Below are positions 1 through 14,528 of a stretch of DNA of 64,000 bases, one piece after another. The translations under genes and the position numbers were made by a program. The notes below the pieces were generated by a model, which worked only from the letters and a program-made list of their open reading frames with translations, was not told where the DNA came from and did no database searches. This stretch comes from Spirochaetia bacterium (GTDB lineage Bacteria; Spirochaetota; Spirochaetia; SZUA-6; Bin103), in contig OZ253572.1 in NCBI GenBank assembly GCA_965262935.1, forward strand, positions 3,861,369 to 3,925,368, written 5' to 3'. How positions within the stretch are numbered: position 1 is the stretch's first letter; each line of letters opens with the position of its first letter.

Positions 1-1
1 A

Positions 2-556
<555 letters not shown>

Positions 557-568
557 CCGCGCCTCACG

Positions 569-2287
569 ATGCTCGCGCTCTCGTTCAGCTTTCCGGCGCG
601 CCGCTACCACGCCACCCCCTGGGGCCGCCACGTCAACGAGGCGGACGTCGCCTGGCCGCCGGAGCCGTGGCGGATTCTGCGCGCGCTGATCGCCACCTAC
701 TGGCGCAAGGGAACGTGCGTCCACTGGTCGAAGGATGAGGTCGCGGACCTGATCGATGCGCTTGCCGCGGCTGCGCCGATCTATCACCTGCCCAACGGCG
801 CCGTCCACGCGCACACCCGGCACTACATGCCGGCGCCGACCAAGAAGACGTTGGTATTCGATGCCTTCGCGCACCTGCCGGACGGAGTGGAGATCGTCGC
901 TGCATGGCCCGACCTGATCCTGGAGCCGCGGCAATTCGCCCTGGCCGCCGACCTGGCCGAAGGCATCGGATACCTGGGGCGCGCCGAGAGTTGGGTGGAG
1001 TGCGCGGCAGCGGCAGAGTGGGACGCGAGCCATGCGAATTGCCTGCCCGTGGACGACTCCGGCACCGGCTCGGGAGACGTGACCGGTGTGCTGGCGTCGC
1101 TCACGCCCACCGGCTATGCCGCCCGACGGGCGCGTCTGCTGGCGCAGGCCGACGCGGATCAACGAGCTGCGGCGGCGGCGGCCGGCAAACGCGCTCCAAC
1201 CGAACGCACGCTGAGCGGGAAACGGCAGCGCACCTTTGGCGTGACACTTCCGGAGCGCCTGATCGATGCTCTGGCAGTCGATACTGCCGACTACCAGAAA
1301 CATGGCTGGAACCGGCCGCCGGCGGCGCGCGAGATCCGCTACCAACGGACTCCCCTGTCGCCCCACCCGCGCCGCGTCGCCGCTCGCCGCACTGCCCCCC
1401 CGGCACGCTCCCGCTACACGGTTGCCCGCTACCTGCTCGCCGGCCGACCCCAGCCGCGAATCGAAGACGCGGTCAAGATCGGCGAGTTGATGCGCTTTGC
1501 CGCCCTAGCGCAGTTCGGCTGGGAACGCGACCCCCAAACCACGCGCAACCGGCCGTTGGCGCCGCCGGAAATATCCGGTCGCGACGGCAACGCCCCACTG
1601 CGAGACGCTCGCCACTCCCATGCCTTCTGGCTGCCGGAAGATGCCGATGGCGATGGTCTGATAGACCATGTGTGCGTATACGCGGTAACGGGATTCGACG
1701 CTCGCGTACGAACAGCGCTCGATCGACTGACGCGGTTGTGGACGCGGGCCAGCGGCGCCGGAGACGGCGCCGATTCCGAAGCAGGCGGCAGGCGCGAGTG
1801 GCGGCTGGCGCTGGAGGGCTTCGGCACCTGCGAAGAGTTCGCGCCGGCATCCGCCTTGTTCCGGTGCGCCCGGACGTGGCAGAGCGTCACCCCGTTCCTG
1901 CCGACCGCCCACCTGAAACGCGCACGCGACGCCCGGCGAGCACGCCGCATGCTCGAACAGGGCCACACCGTCTCCGGTCCGCTCGCCGAGGCCACCGGCT
2001 ATCCGCGCGAGGTGCGCCGCCTGCTGCGCCGCCGCAACATGCTCGCCGCCGGGCTCGCTGAGCAGGTCCAGCTCCAGCTTCTGCCCCACGTCGAAGTGCA
2101 CGGTGCTCCCCGCCGCCCCCTGCAGTTTCATCGCTTCCGCTCCCGCGGCCGCGAAACCACCACCGATGCCCACGGCGTCCTGCTGCTGCTCCGCTTCCCG
2201 GAACCGGTCACCGGCCCCGTCGCCCTCGGCTACGGCTGCCACTTCGGCCTCGGCCTGTTCGCCGCCTCCAAGGACGCCCCAGCATGA
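569..2287 (+). CDS. csb2: Csb2-like Cas5/Cas6 fusion protein, paralog A (572 aa)
   Basis: N-terminal motif (A)RYHATPWGRHVNEADVAWPPEPWRILRAL, typical of the GSU0054/Csb2 family. Size ~570 aa. C-terminal glycine-rich loop GYGCHFGLGLF, as in Cas6. Collinear with paralog B. Confidence 0.55.
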   Translation: MLALSFSFPARRYHATPWGRHVNEADVAWPPEPWRILRALIATYWRKGTCVHWSKDEVADLIDALAAAAPIYHLPNGAVHAHTRHYMPAPTKKTLVFDAFAHLPDGVEIVAAWPDLILEPRQFALAADLAEGIGYLGRAESWVECAAAAEWDASHANCLPVDDSGTGSGDVTGVLASLTPTGYAARRARLLAQADADQRAAAAAAGKRAPTERTLSGKRQRTFGVTLPERLIDALAVDTADYQKHGWNRPPAAREIRYQRTPLSPHPRRVAARRTAPPARSRYTVARYLLAGRPQPRIEDAVKIGELMRFAALAQFGWERDPQTTRNRPLAPPEISGRDGNAPLRDARHSHAFWLPEDADGDGLIDHVCVYAVTGFDARVRTALDRLTRLWTRASGAGDGADSEAGGRREWRLALEGFGTCEEFAPASALFRCARTWQSVTPFLPTAHLKRARDARRARRMLEQGHTVSGPLAEATGYPREVRRLLRRRNMLAAGLAEQVQLQLLPHVEVHGAPRRPLQFHRFRSRGRETTTDAHGVLLLLRFPEPVTGPVALGYGCHFGLGLFAASKDAPA

Positions 2288-2633
2288 ACCCTACCCTGCA
2301 GCACCGGCGACCCATCCAGGATTTTTTCCCGCAACCGTTGCCGGCCGCGCCCCACCCGAGAATCGCTGGCTACATTCCCCCCATGGCGACAGTAAATCCC
2401 GACGAGCCTGTGACAAGCCAAGACGATCCGCCGATGGCACGACACTGCCGTGTGGAACTCTCGATCACTCGATCCGAGACGATCTTCATTTCGATCGAGG
2501 GGTCAACACACAACTTGTGCCGTGATGCTGAGGCGGGCGATAGTCATACGCCGAGATCGCAACAAACTCGTCAGCCGGATGGGCCCCTGCTACCGGGTTA
2601 CAGGCTGTCTCATGTACCAGAAAGGAGTAACAG
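2288..2633 (+). promoter_or_regulatory. 346-bp lower-GC intergenic spacer between the two cas7-csb2 modules; possible internal promoter for the cas7b-csb2b-cas3-csx17 operon
   Basis: All other cas junctions on this strand are 4-bp gaps or ATGA overlaps; only this junction is long and AT-richer. An AAAGGAG SD sits 7 nt before the 2634 ATG. Confidence 0.3.
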
Positions 2634-3887
2634 ATGACGATGCTCACGTTCGAGCGACTGCGCGCCTTAGTGGCTGGGGACGCCGTGGCGCTGCGTTCCC
2701 GGATGCAACTACAACCCGCAGGTGGCGACGGGGACAAGGTTTTCCCGCCGACCTACTCCGTGGATAGCCGCGCCGATCACAAGTACGCCGTCGAAGAGCG
2801 CCAAGTAGGCAACGGCGATACCGTGTCCACTACCGTACTGCTGGATTCTGTCGCGTCGCAGGCAAATCGGGCGGAACTGGCCCTGCTTGAGGGTTGGGAG
2901 CGCGGCGAACTGATCTTCCCGGTGCCGTACGTCGACTTCTCGGATGACGGCGGTGTAACGGACTATGACAAGCTGACGGTACTAGAGGCGCCCCATCGGC
3001 TGGCGGACGCGATCTTCCGCGACAGCCTGCTTGACGGCACGTTGTTCCGGCTTTCCGAAGTTGGACGCTCGATCACCGAAGCCACGCCCCGAAACGCCAC
3101 CGACCTATTCCGGTACTCCCCTACCTCTTTGCTGTTCGGCATGTGGGACTCGACCGGACCGAAGGGAGGACTGGGCTCCAAGTTTCAGCGTGCGTACGTA
3201 TCCGAAATCGTCGGCTTCGACGCGAAGGTCGGCAACAAGGTAGGAAGCCGTATCGATCCATTGCAGATCGAGAAGGTCGCTCCGGAAGACCGGGTGTACA
3301 ACAGCACCAACCCGAACGAAGTCTGGACGCACAACCCCGATGTCGCAGAGCGCGACAAGAAGGGGAACCCGGCGCCGGCCTCGCGCGGCAGCGAGAGCGG
3401 GGAGGCCGGGCAGCCCTCCAAGATCAACCACGGCAACATCGCTCCGTCGATAGACGCGCAATCCGGCGGCGTTACTATCTCGGGTGCTATGCAGACCACC
3501 GTAATCTCATTTGCCGCTCTCCGGCGGCTGCGATTCAAGGGTTTCGATCTCAAGGCGGAGACGGCCGCCCGTACGGCAATTGCCGCGCTGGGAGTCGCGG
3601 CCGTGGCCTACCTGTACGAGGCCGACTACGATCTGCGCTCGCGCTGCCTGCTGCTGCCGACGCACGCCCCGCGACTGGAACTGCTCCGGAGGGACGGCTC
3701 GCCGGGCGAGGTGGTGAATGTCGATCGCCTCAGCGCGGCACAGACCCTCAAAGAGGCGGCCGCGCACGCCGGCGATGCTGGCGTCGCCTGGGAAACCGCA
3801 GACATTCGGCTAACACCGGCCCCGAAGCTTCTGGAACTGATTCGGCGGAGCCGTAAGGTGTCTGCTTCCGAACCCGCATCTGAGTGA
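2634..3887 (+). CDS. cas7: Cas7 backbone protein, Csb1/GSU0053 family (type I-G, formerly I-U), 417 aa
   Basis: Size and motifs (FPPTY, LLFGMWDSTGPKGGLGSKFQRAYVSEIVGFDA, NHGNIAPS) fit the Csb1 family. Strong RBS. Followed within 4 bp by csb2. Confidence 0.65.
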   Translation: MTMLTFERLRALVAGDAVALRSRMQLQPAGGDGDKVFPPTYSVDSRADHKYAVEERQVGNGDTVSTTVLLDSVASQANRAELALLEGWERGELIFPVPYVDFSDDGGVTDYDKLTVLEAPHRLADAIFRDSLLDGTLFRLSEVGRSITEATPRNATDLFRYSPTSLLFGMWDSTGPKGGLGSKFQRAYVSEIVGFDAKVGNKVGSRIDPLQIEKVAPEDRVYNSTNPNEVWTHNPDVAERDKKGNPAPASRGSESGEAGQPSKINHGNIAPSIDAQSGGVTISGAMQTTVISFAALRRLRFKGFDLKAETAARTAIAALGVAAVAYLYEADYDLRSRCLLLPTHAPRLELLRRDGSPGEVVNVDRLSAAQTLKEAAAHAGDAGVAWETADIRLTPAPKLLELIRRSRKVSASEPASE

Positions 3888-8402
<4,515 letters not shown>

Positions 8403-8406
<4 letters not shown>

Positions 8407-9320
8407 ATGGCACTCACCTAACCGGACTCGAAGGGACCAATCCGCTGGGATTCCTGGCAGCTCTGGGAGTACAAGCGATCTTCATGGACGAGGACGAGCG
8501 CCCCCGGCTTTGGTGGAGCACGGACGTCACGCCGCACGCGATCGTAGATGACAGTTTCACCGTCGAACGCATCGCCGACCAAGCGCTCTCTCTCGCTGTC
8601 CGCTGGCGTGACTGCTCGGCGACGAATCCACGCCGGCCCGACGGGACGCCTATCCCAAAGGGAGACGAGCTCAAGCTTGCGCCCGAAGACATAAGAACGT
8701 ACCTGTGCCGATCTTACGCAGGGAACACGGGCAGCGATCTGGCTGCGGCACTTCTGGCTGAGGGCAGCCTTGACAATAGCGGTGTCGCCAAACCCTCCGA
8801 CCTGTACTTTGCCGCTGGACAGATGAGGTTTCTCGGAATGACACGCACGCTCCTTGGCACCGTAGTGCGGGATGAGATTCTGACCGGACTGGTTGGACCA
8901 TGGGCCTATGCAAGCGAACTCCCGTCGCTTGGATGGGATGTCGCCGATGATCGGGTCTACGCTCTCCGAGCCAACAACCCCGCCCCGGACAAGAAACTGA
9001 CGAATCCTGGGCCGGAAGCCCTTGCAATATTTGGTTTGAGCCGACACGCGGTATTCGGTGCCCGCGACCGGACGTTGACGCAAGGCTGTTCAGGTTCGTG
9101 GAAAACGGGCTACTACTCCTGGCCGCTCTGGCAAAGACCAGCAACTTCATTGACCGTGAAGTCCCTCATGGCTCACGCCTGCGCTGACTCCACGGGGAAC
9201 CGATCCCGGTGGTATCCATCATGGGGTATCTCGTCTGTCCTCCGCTCGCCAATCCGGCGATCCAGTCAGGGAGGCTACGGCACCTTCGGTCCGCCAGAAA
9301 TCGTGTGGCAGAAGGATTAA
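8403..9320 (+). CDS. Short (305 aa) protein in the position of the large subunit, Csx17/Cas8u2-like N-terminal region; either truncated or a novel short form
   Basis: ATGA overlap with the cas3 stop. N-terminus LTGLEGTNPLGFLAALGVQAIF resembles the LxGC..PL..YLKALG start that I recall for Csx17. Typical Csx17 is ~700 aa. A 6-bp-stem hairpin (GGCACC...GGTGCC) follows the stop, and mobile-element DNA begins immediately after. Confidence 0.35.
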
Positions 9321-9503
9321 GGCACCCATACACCTGGTGCCTAAGGACTAACCCATAATCAGCCGCGCCACGATTATTGATGGGATAAACGCGATTCTGG
9401 GTCGGGCTGATTGAGGGAAGGGAAAAGAACCCCCTCACGGAGCTTGACCAACAAGCCCGTGAGGGGGTGGTCTCCTTGTAACCCAACACGAAGGAGACCA
9501 CCA

Positions 9504-10091
9504 GTGTTACACAAGCTGTGGGGAGATACCAGCTTTCATCGTCTGCTCCTGAAAATCGACGAGGATGTGGCCCAAGGGGTGCGCAGCAAGGGCTGTCCGC
9601 ACTGCGCGGGCGTACTGCACTCGGCGCGCTATGAGCGCAAGCCGCGCGGCGGGCCGAGGGAACTGCCGGAGAAGTATGAGCGGCGGGCGAGTTTCTGTTG
9701 CGCGGCGGCGGGGTGCCGCAAGCGGGTGACGCCGGCGGCGCTGCGGTTCTGGGGCCGGCGGGTGTATCTGGGGCCGGTGTTTCTGCTGGTGTTCAGCCTG
9801 CACAACGGGATCACGCAGAAGCGAACAGAAGAGCTGCGCAAGCAGTTGCAAGCGCCGACGTTGAGCCGGCATACGCTGAGGCGCTGGCGCCAGTGGTGGC
9901 TGGAGGTGTTCCCGAGGAGTTCGTTCTGGAGCACCGGGCGAGCGCGGTTTATGCCGCCGGTAGATGAGAAGTCGCTGCCTGCGGAGCTGCTGGCGCGGTT
10001 TGGTCAGACCGACGCCGCCGAGCGGGTGGTGGCAGCGTTGCGCTATCTGGCGCCGGCGACCGCCGGGGCGGGCTCGATGATGGACCCCTGA
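9504..10091 (+). CDS. Small Cys-rich (Zn-ribbon-like) protein, transposon-associated family member 1 (GTG start, 196 aa)
   Basis: AGGAGA SD 7 nt upstream of GTG. CPHC...ARYERKPRGGP...FCCAAAGC cysteine pattern. Homologous to the ORF at 16754-17377 in the second element. Confidence 0.4.
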   Translation: MLHKLWGDTSFHRLLLKIDEDVAQGVRSKGCPHCAGVLHSARYERKPRGGPRELPEKYERRASFCCAAAGCRKRVTPAALRFWGRRVYLGPVFLLVFSLHNGITQKRTEELRKQLQAPTLSRHTLRRWRQWWLEVFPRSSFWSTGRARFMPPVDEKSLPAELLARFGQTDAAERVVAALRYLAPATAGAGSMMDP

Positions 10092-10198
10092 CCACCCGCA
10101 GAAGATGCAAGCCCCGCTGAAGCTCCCGCACGAGTTGTGATCTATCCCCGGGGCGCGGCGCTCGCCAAATTTGGGGTGAGCAGCAGGAAGCGGGGGAA

Positions 10199-11665
10199 AT
10201 GGAAGCATCAGACAGACAACGAGAGGTCTCAGACCGCGATCAGTGGGCACGATTCCGGTTTTCGGTGATCGGCCCGCTGTTGGCCGCGCCACCGGTGGGC
10301 GGCGAACTGCAGCAGGCGCTGCAGGAGTTGGCGGCGGGGGAGTACCAGCACCCGCTGAGCAAGCGACCGATCACGCTGGGAGTGTCGACGATCGAACGCT
10401 GGTACTACCGCGCCCGGCTGGAGCGGGATCCGGTGGCGGCGTTGCGCAACCAGGTACGCAGCGATGCGGGCGGGCATCCGAGCGTGTCGGCGGCGCAGCG
10501 CGTGGTGCTCCGCCAGCAGCACCGGGACCACCCCGGCTGGAGCTACCAGTTGCATCACGACAACCTGAAGGTGCTGGCCCAGCAGCAGCCGGAGTTGGGG
10601 CGGGTGCCGTCGTACGCGGTGGTGCGGCGGTGGATGAAGACGCAAGGGTTGTACCGTCGCAAGCGCACTCGGGTACGGCACACCGCCGGCGCCCGCAGAG
10701 CCGCTTGGCGCTTGGAGCAACGCGAGGTGCGCAGCTACGAAGCCGAGTACGTCGGCGGCTTGTTCCATGCCGACTTTCATCATGCGTCGCGGGAGGTGCT
10801 GACCCGCCAGGGACAGTGGGTCAGGCCCCAGTTGTTCGCGGTCCTGGACGACAAGTCGCGGCTGTGCTGCCACGGGCAGTGGTACCTGCAGGAGGATGCG
10901 GAAACCTTCGCCCACGGGCTCCAGCAGGCGTTCCTCAAGCGCGGCCTGTCACGTGCCCTGATGACCGACAACGGCGGTGCCGAGACGGCTGCCGAGATCG
11001 AAGAAGGGTTGGCTGAGTTGGGGGTGCTGCAGGAGTTGACGCTGCCCTATTCGCCCTATCAGAACGCCAAGCAGGAAGTGTTCTGGGTGCCGATCGAGAC
11101 CCGTCTGTTGGCGATGCTGGAAGGGGTGCCTGATCTGACCTTGGAGCAACTCAACCAAGCCACCCAGGCCTGGATCGAGTTGGAGTACCACCGACGCGTC
11201 CACTCCGAGACCGGGCAGACGCCGCTGGCGTCGTTCCTGGAGTCGAACAACGTGCTGCGCGACTGCCCGGCGGCGCAGGAGTTGCGGCGCGCCTTTCGAG
11301 TCAAGGTGCGGCGCACGCAGCGCCGCAGTGACGGCACCCTGACCCTCGACGGCGTGCGCTTCGAGCTGCCGGGCCGGCTGCATCACCTGACGCGCGTAGC
11401 GGTGCGCTATGCGCGCTGGGATCTCAGTCAGGCCGCAGTGGTCGATGCGCGCACCGGCGCCGAGGTGGCGGCCATCTATCCGGTCAACAAGGTCAACAAC
11501 GCCAGCGGCCAGCGCCGCCGCCGGGAGACCGACGCTGCGGCCGCGCCCGCGGGGCCGTCAGGAGTCGCACCACTGTTGCAGAAGCTGCTTGCCGACTACG
11601 CGGCCACCGGCCTGCCGCCGGCCTACATCCCCAAACCAGAGCACCCCAAGGAGGAGCTCCGATGA
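10199..11665 (+). CDS. DDE transposase, rve integrase core plus Mu-transposase C-terminal-like domain (TniA/Tn552 p480/IstA-like), 488 aa
   Basis: D..D..E residues in contexts HADFH, MTDNGG, PYSPYQNAKQEVFW (rve signature). C-terminal beta-rich region like Mu-transpos_C. Confidence 0.7.
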   Translation: MEASDRQREVSDRDQWARFRFSVIGPLLAAPPVGGELQQALQELAAGEYQHPLSKRPITLGVSTIERWYYRARLERDPVAALRNQVRSDAGGHPSVSAAQRVVLRQQHRDHPGWSYQLHHDNLKVLAQQQPELGRVPSYAVVRRWMKTQGLYRRKRTRVRHTAGARRAAWRLEQREVRSYEAEYVGGLFHADFHHASREVLTRQGQWVRPQLFAVLDDKSRLCCHGQWYLQEDAETFAHGLQQAFLKRGLSRALMTDNGGAETAAEIEEGLAELGVLQELTLPYSPYQNAKQEVFWVPIETRLLAMLEGVPDLTLEQLNQATQAWIELEYHRRVHSETGQTPLASFLESNNVLRDCPAAQELRRAFRVKVRRTQRRSDGTLTLDGVRFELPGRLHHLTRVAVRYARWDLSQAAVVDARTGAEVAAIYPVNKVNNASGQRRRRETDAAAAPAGPSGVAPLLQKLLADYAATGLPPAYIPKPEHPKEELR

Positions 11666-12501
11666 ACCGCAAGTTGCTGGCTCTCTACGGGCTGAAGTTC
11701 AACCCGTTCGCACCCGAGTTACCGACCGAGGCGCTGTGGATCGCGCCCGAGGTAGAAAACTTTCTGTGGCGCATCGAGTTCGCGCTGGTGCGCGAAGGTG
11801 GCTTCGCGCTGATCACCGGCGAGTCCGGCAGCGGCAAGAGCGTCACCTTGCGCCTGCTCAGTGAGCGGCTCGCCGCCGAGCCGGATCTGGTGGTCGGCGC
11901 CATCTCCCGACCGCAGGCCAACGTGGCCGACTTCTACCGCGAGTTGGGCGACGTGTTCGGCGTCCCGTTGCGACCCCACAATCGCTGGGGTGGCGCCAAG
12001 GCGTTGCGCGAGCGCTGGACCTTGCACCTCGACACCACCCTGCTGCGCCCCCTGCTGCTGGTGGACGAGGCGCAGGAACTCGCTCCTCCAGTGGCCGCTG
12101 AATTGCGTCTGCTCAGCAGCACGCGGTTCGATTCGCGCCAGCTCCTGAGTGTGGTGCTGGCCGGTGACTTGCGCTTGCAGGACAAGCTGCGCCACCAGGA
12201 CCTGGTGCCCCTCGGCAACCGCCTCCGCACCAGGCTCGCCCTCCAGCCGGCCTCTGTCGAGCAGCTTCAGGACGCCCTCAAGCACCTCCTGAACGCCGCC
12301 GGCAACTCCGCTCTGATGACCGACGAACTCATCGTCACCCTGTGCGAACACGCCCTCGGCAACTACCGCGTGCTGTTGACCACGGCGGCCGAGTTGCTGG
12401 TCGCCGCAGCCCAGAAAGAGTTGTCCCAGATCGACGAGAAGCTCTACTTCGAGCTGTTCTCACCGGCACCGCCCTCCCGCGGCACCCGCCGCCCGCGCTG
12501 A
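11662..12501 (+). CDS. AAA+ ATPase, TniB/ExeA(GspA)-like transposition helper (279 aa)
   Basis: Walker A GESGSGKS, Walker B LLVDEAQ. Overlapping start/stop with the transposase gene. Confidence 0.65.
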   Translation: MNRKLLALYGLKFNPFAPELPTEALWIAPEVENFLWRIEFALVREGGFALITGESGSGKSVTLRLLSERLAAEPDLVVGAISRPQANVADFYRELGDVFGVPLRPHNRWGGAKALRERWTLHLDTTLLRPLLLVDEAQELAPPVAAELRLLSSTRFDSRQLLSVVLAGDLRLQDKLRHQDLVPLGNRLRTRLALQPASVEQLQDALKHLLNAAGNSALMTDELIVTLCEHALGNYRVLLTTAAELLVAAAQKELSQIDEKLYFELFSPAPPSRGTRRPR

Positions 12502-12503
12502 CC

Positions 12504-13496
12504 ATGGCAGCACTGCGTGTGGTCCGCGCCGCTCAGCTTCAGGACCTCCCCGCAGACCAGCCGCACTGGCTTATCGAGCCGTTGTGGGGTGCTTCGGCTG
12601 TCGGTCTGATCGGAGGAGCCCCCAAGAGCGGCAAGACATTTTTAGCGTTGGAGTTGGCGGTCGCGGTCGCCTCCGGTCAACCCTGTTTGGGCCGCTTCCC
12701 GGTCCCCTGTCCCGGGCCGGTGCTCGTCCTCGCGGCTGAAGACTCCCCGCATCAGGTCAAACGTCGCATCCAGGGCATCGCGCACGTGCGCGGCGCCGAC
12801 TTCGCCGCACTCGATGTCAGGCTCATCCTCGACACCGCGCTCCGTCTCGACCGTCCCCAGGACCTGCACCGGCTCCACCTTACGCTCGCCAGCCAGCGCC
12901 CCAAGCTGTTGATCCTCGATCCATTCGTACGCCTCCAACGCGCCGATGAAAATGACGCCCGCCAAGTCGCCGCCATTCTCGCCGCACTGCGTGAGCTGGC
13001 ACGCACCTTCAACGCCGCCGTCCTCCTGGTCCACCATGCCCGCAAGAGCGGCGCCGCCGTTCCCGGCCAGGCGCTGCGCGGCTCAGGCGACTTCTGGGCC
13101 TGGGGCGATTCCAACCTCTATCTCTCCGGCCGGCCCAACCGCCTGCGACTCACCGTCGAGCATCGTGCTGCACCCCCGCCAGCGCCTCTGTCGCTCCAGC
13201 TGCTGGCCACCGATCACCCCCGCGCTGGCCAACCCCCTCTGGTTCGTCTCGAGCTGCAGGACCACCCCGAACTCTCCGAGTTCCGCGACTCGGATGATGC
13301 ACCTGCGCCGCCACCTACCGCCATCACTTTCGCTGAGCGTATCGTCGCTCACCTGCGTAGCGCCGGCCCCACTCCCCATCGCGCCCTGCGCGCAACTCTG
13401 CGCGTGCGTGCCCAGTCTCTCTCTGCCGCCCTGCGCGCTCTTGAAACTGCCGGTCGCATCACCCGCACACCGCATGGCTGGACCGCAGTGCACTAG
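12504..13496 (+). CDS. RecA-like P-loop ATPase (AAA_25/RepA-like), 330 aa
   Basis: Walker A GAPKSGKT, LVLAAEDS, Walker B LLILDPF, and VHHARKSG motifs. ATG 3 nt after the preceding stop. Confidence 0.5.
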   Translation: MAALRVVRAAQLQDLPADQPHWLIEPLWGASAVGLIGGAPKSGKTFLALELAVAVASGQPCLGRFPVPCPGPVLVLAAEDSPHQVKRRIQGIAHVRGADFAALDVRLILDTALRLDRPQDLHRLHLTLASQRPKLLILDPFVRLQRADENDARQVAAILAALRELARTFNAAVLLVHHARKSGAAVPGQALRGSGDFWAWGDSNLYLSGRPNRLRLTVEHRAAPPPAPLSLQLLATDHPRAGQPPLVRLELQDHPELSEFRDSDDAPAPPPTAITFAERIVAHLRSAGPTPHRALRATLRVRAQSLSAALRALETAGRITRTPHGWTAVH

Positions 13497-13550
13497 CTGT
13501 TTCCCGTTTCCCTTCCTTACCGATTGCGGAAACGGGAAACACGGGAAACA
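13497..13550 (+). terminator. Hairpin (TGTTTCCCGTTTCC ... GGAAACGGGAAACA) directly after the 13496 stop
   Basis: 14-bp inverted repeat seen in sequence. No clear U-tract follows. Confidence 0.35.
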
Positions 13551-13602
13551 CCCACCCTTTGCTCCATCCTATCCAATCCTGTCCCTCAAATTACTCGATC
13601 AA

Positions 13603-14100
13603 CGTCCCATCGATCAGCCCGATCACTCTGAGCTGTCGGGTGCCGAGCACACCGTGCGCGCCTGGCAGTCGGAGCTGGCACGCACTTGGGCCAGCGCGCA
13701 CGACGCCGACTGGGCGACGCTGGCCGTGGACGGCCACGTGAAAGTGTACACGGGGCGCAACGGTCGGCTGCCGAAGCACTTCGTGGCGCGCCAGAAGCTG
13801 TGTTTGCCAGCGTCCGTGAGCTACTGGATCAACGCCCTGGGCGGCACCCCCCTGCTGTGCCTGCACCAGGCGCTCGACCCGAAGCTGGTCAAGGCCATCA
13901 AGCAGGAGGTGGTGCCGCAACTGGTGGAACTGGGCGTGGTGCCGGAATCGGCTCCCGACCTGACCCAGCCGCAGGCCGGCGCGCCGGCGCTCACCCTGGT
14001 GTTCGACCGCGAGGGCTGGAGCCCGGACCTGTTCCAGTGGCTGGCTCGGCGTGGCATCGCCTGCATCACCTGGCACAAGAACTTCAAGGGCGACGACTGG
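13603..14100 (+). pseudogene. IS4/IS701-like DDE transposase, 5' part (N-terminally truncated), interrupted at 14100 by element B
   Basis: Contains LAVDGH (first D) and TLVFDREGWSPDLF...GIACITWHKN (second D, hhhDRG context). The frame continues exactly after removing element B plus one TSD copy (…KGDDW|PAQEF…). Confidence 0.45.
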
Positions 14101-14528
14101 TGTTGTATCCCATGTAGATTCGCGGACGGTTTCCCGGATTATTTCTGAGGGTCGAGGGTCGGATTTCCCACATTGTGGCCGCGGCTATGGGGAGCAGCAG
14201 AGGCGGGTCGGAGACGCCTCGGTGACGCCGAGGAGGCGGACCGGTGTCAGAACGGCAAGTCGTCATCAGAGAGGTCCTGGTGGGCGGCCGCTGGCGGCGC
14301 CGAGTGGTCGTGGAGTTGGTCGTGTTCTTGGTGCGCGGCATAGTAGCGGCGCAACTGGCCGTAGTAGCGGTTTTCGATGGCGGCGGCGATGAGGTAGAGG
14401 CTTTCGACGAGGTGGGCGACGGCAGCGTCGTGGAGATCGTCAGGCAGAGGGAGACGCAACGGGCAGCGCGAGCATTGCTCAGGTGATGGGTAAGGCGGGC
14501 AGGTCATGGCAGTCCTTTTGGTGCGCAG

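Larger units (their letters stand above)
9330..13560 (+). mobile_element. Transposon A (boundaries approximate): Zn-ribbon ORF + DDE transposase + AAA+ ATPase + AAA_25-like ATPase
   Basis: Four co-directional, tightly spaced genes of transposition type inserted directly after the short csx17-like gene. No clean terminal inverted repeats could be defined by eye. Confidence 0.4.

Noticed and set aside
9370-13630. Possible terminal inverted repeats of transposon A (9371-9417 versus 13583-13629)
   Set aside because: Only short shared words (CCCTCAA, TCAGCCCGA, TCCCATC) in inconsistent spacing; not a convincing TIR. The right-hand segment could equally be the left end of the IS4-like element. Boundaries left approximate.
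12946-14148. 400-aa ORF spanning the AAA_25 gene, the hairpin and the IS4-like transposase fragment
   Set aside because: It crosses a strong hairpin and a gene in another frame. Only the part from ~13603 has transposase motifs; the upstream portion is an out-of-frame reading of 12504-13496.
14247-14507. 86-aa acidic ORF at the distal end of IS element B
   Set aside because: Co-directional with the element's genes and inside the TIRs, so it could be a fourth element gene. However it has no motif support, and in 70% GC DNA such ORFs arise by chance; mentioned in the element-B finding rather than called.
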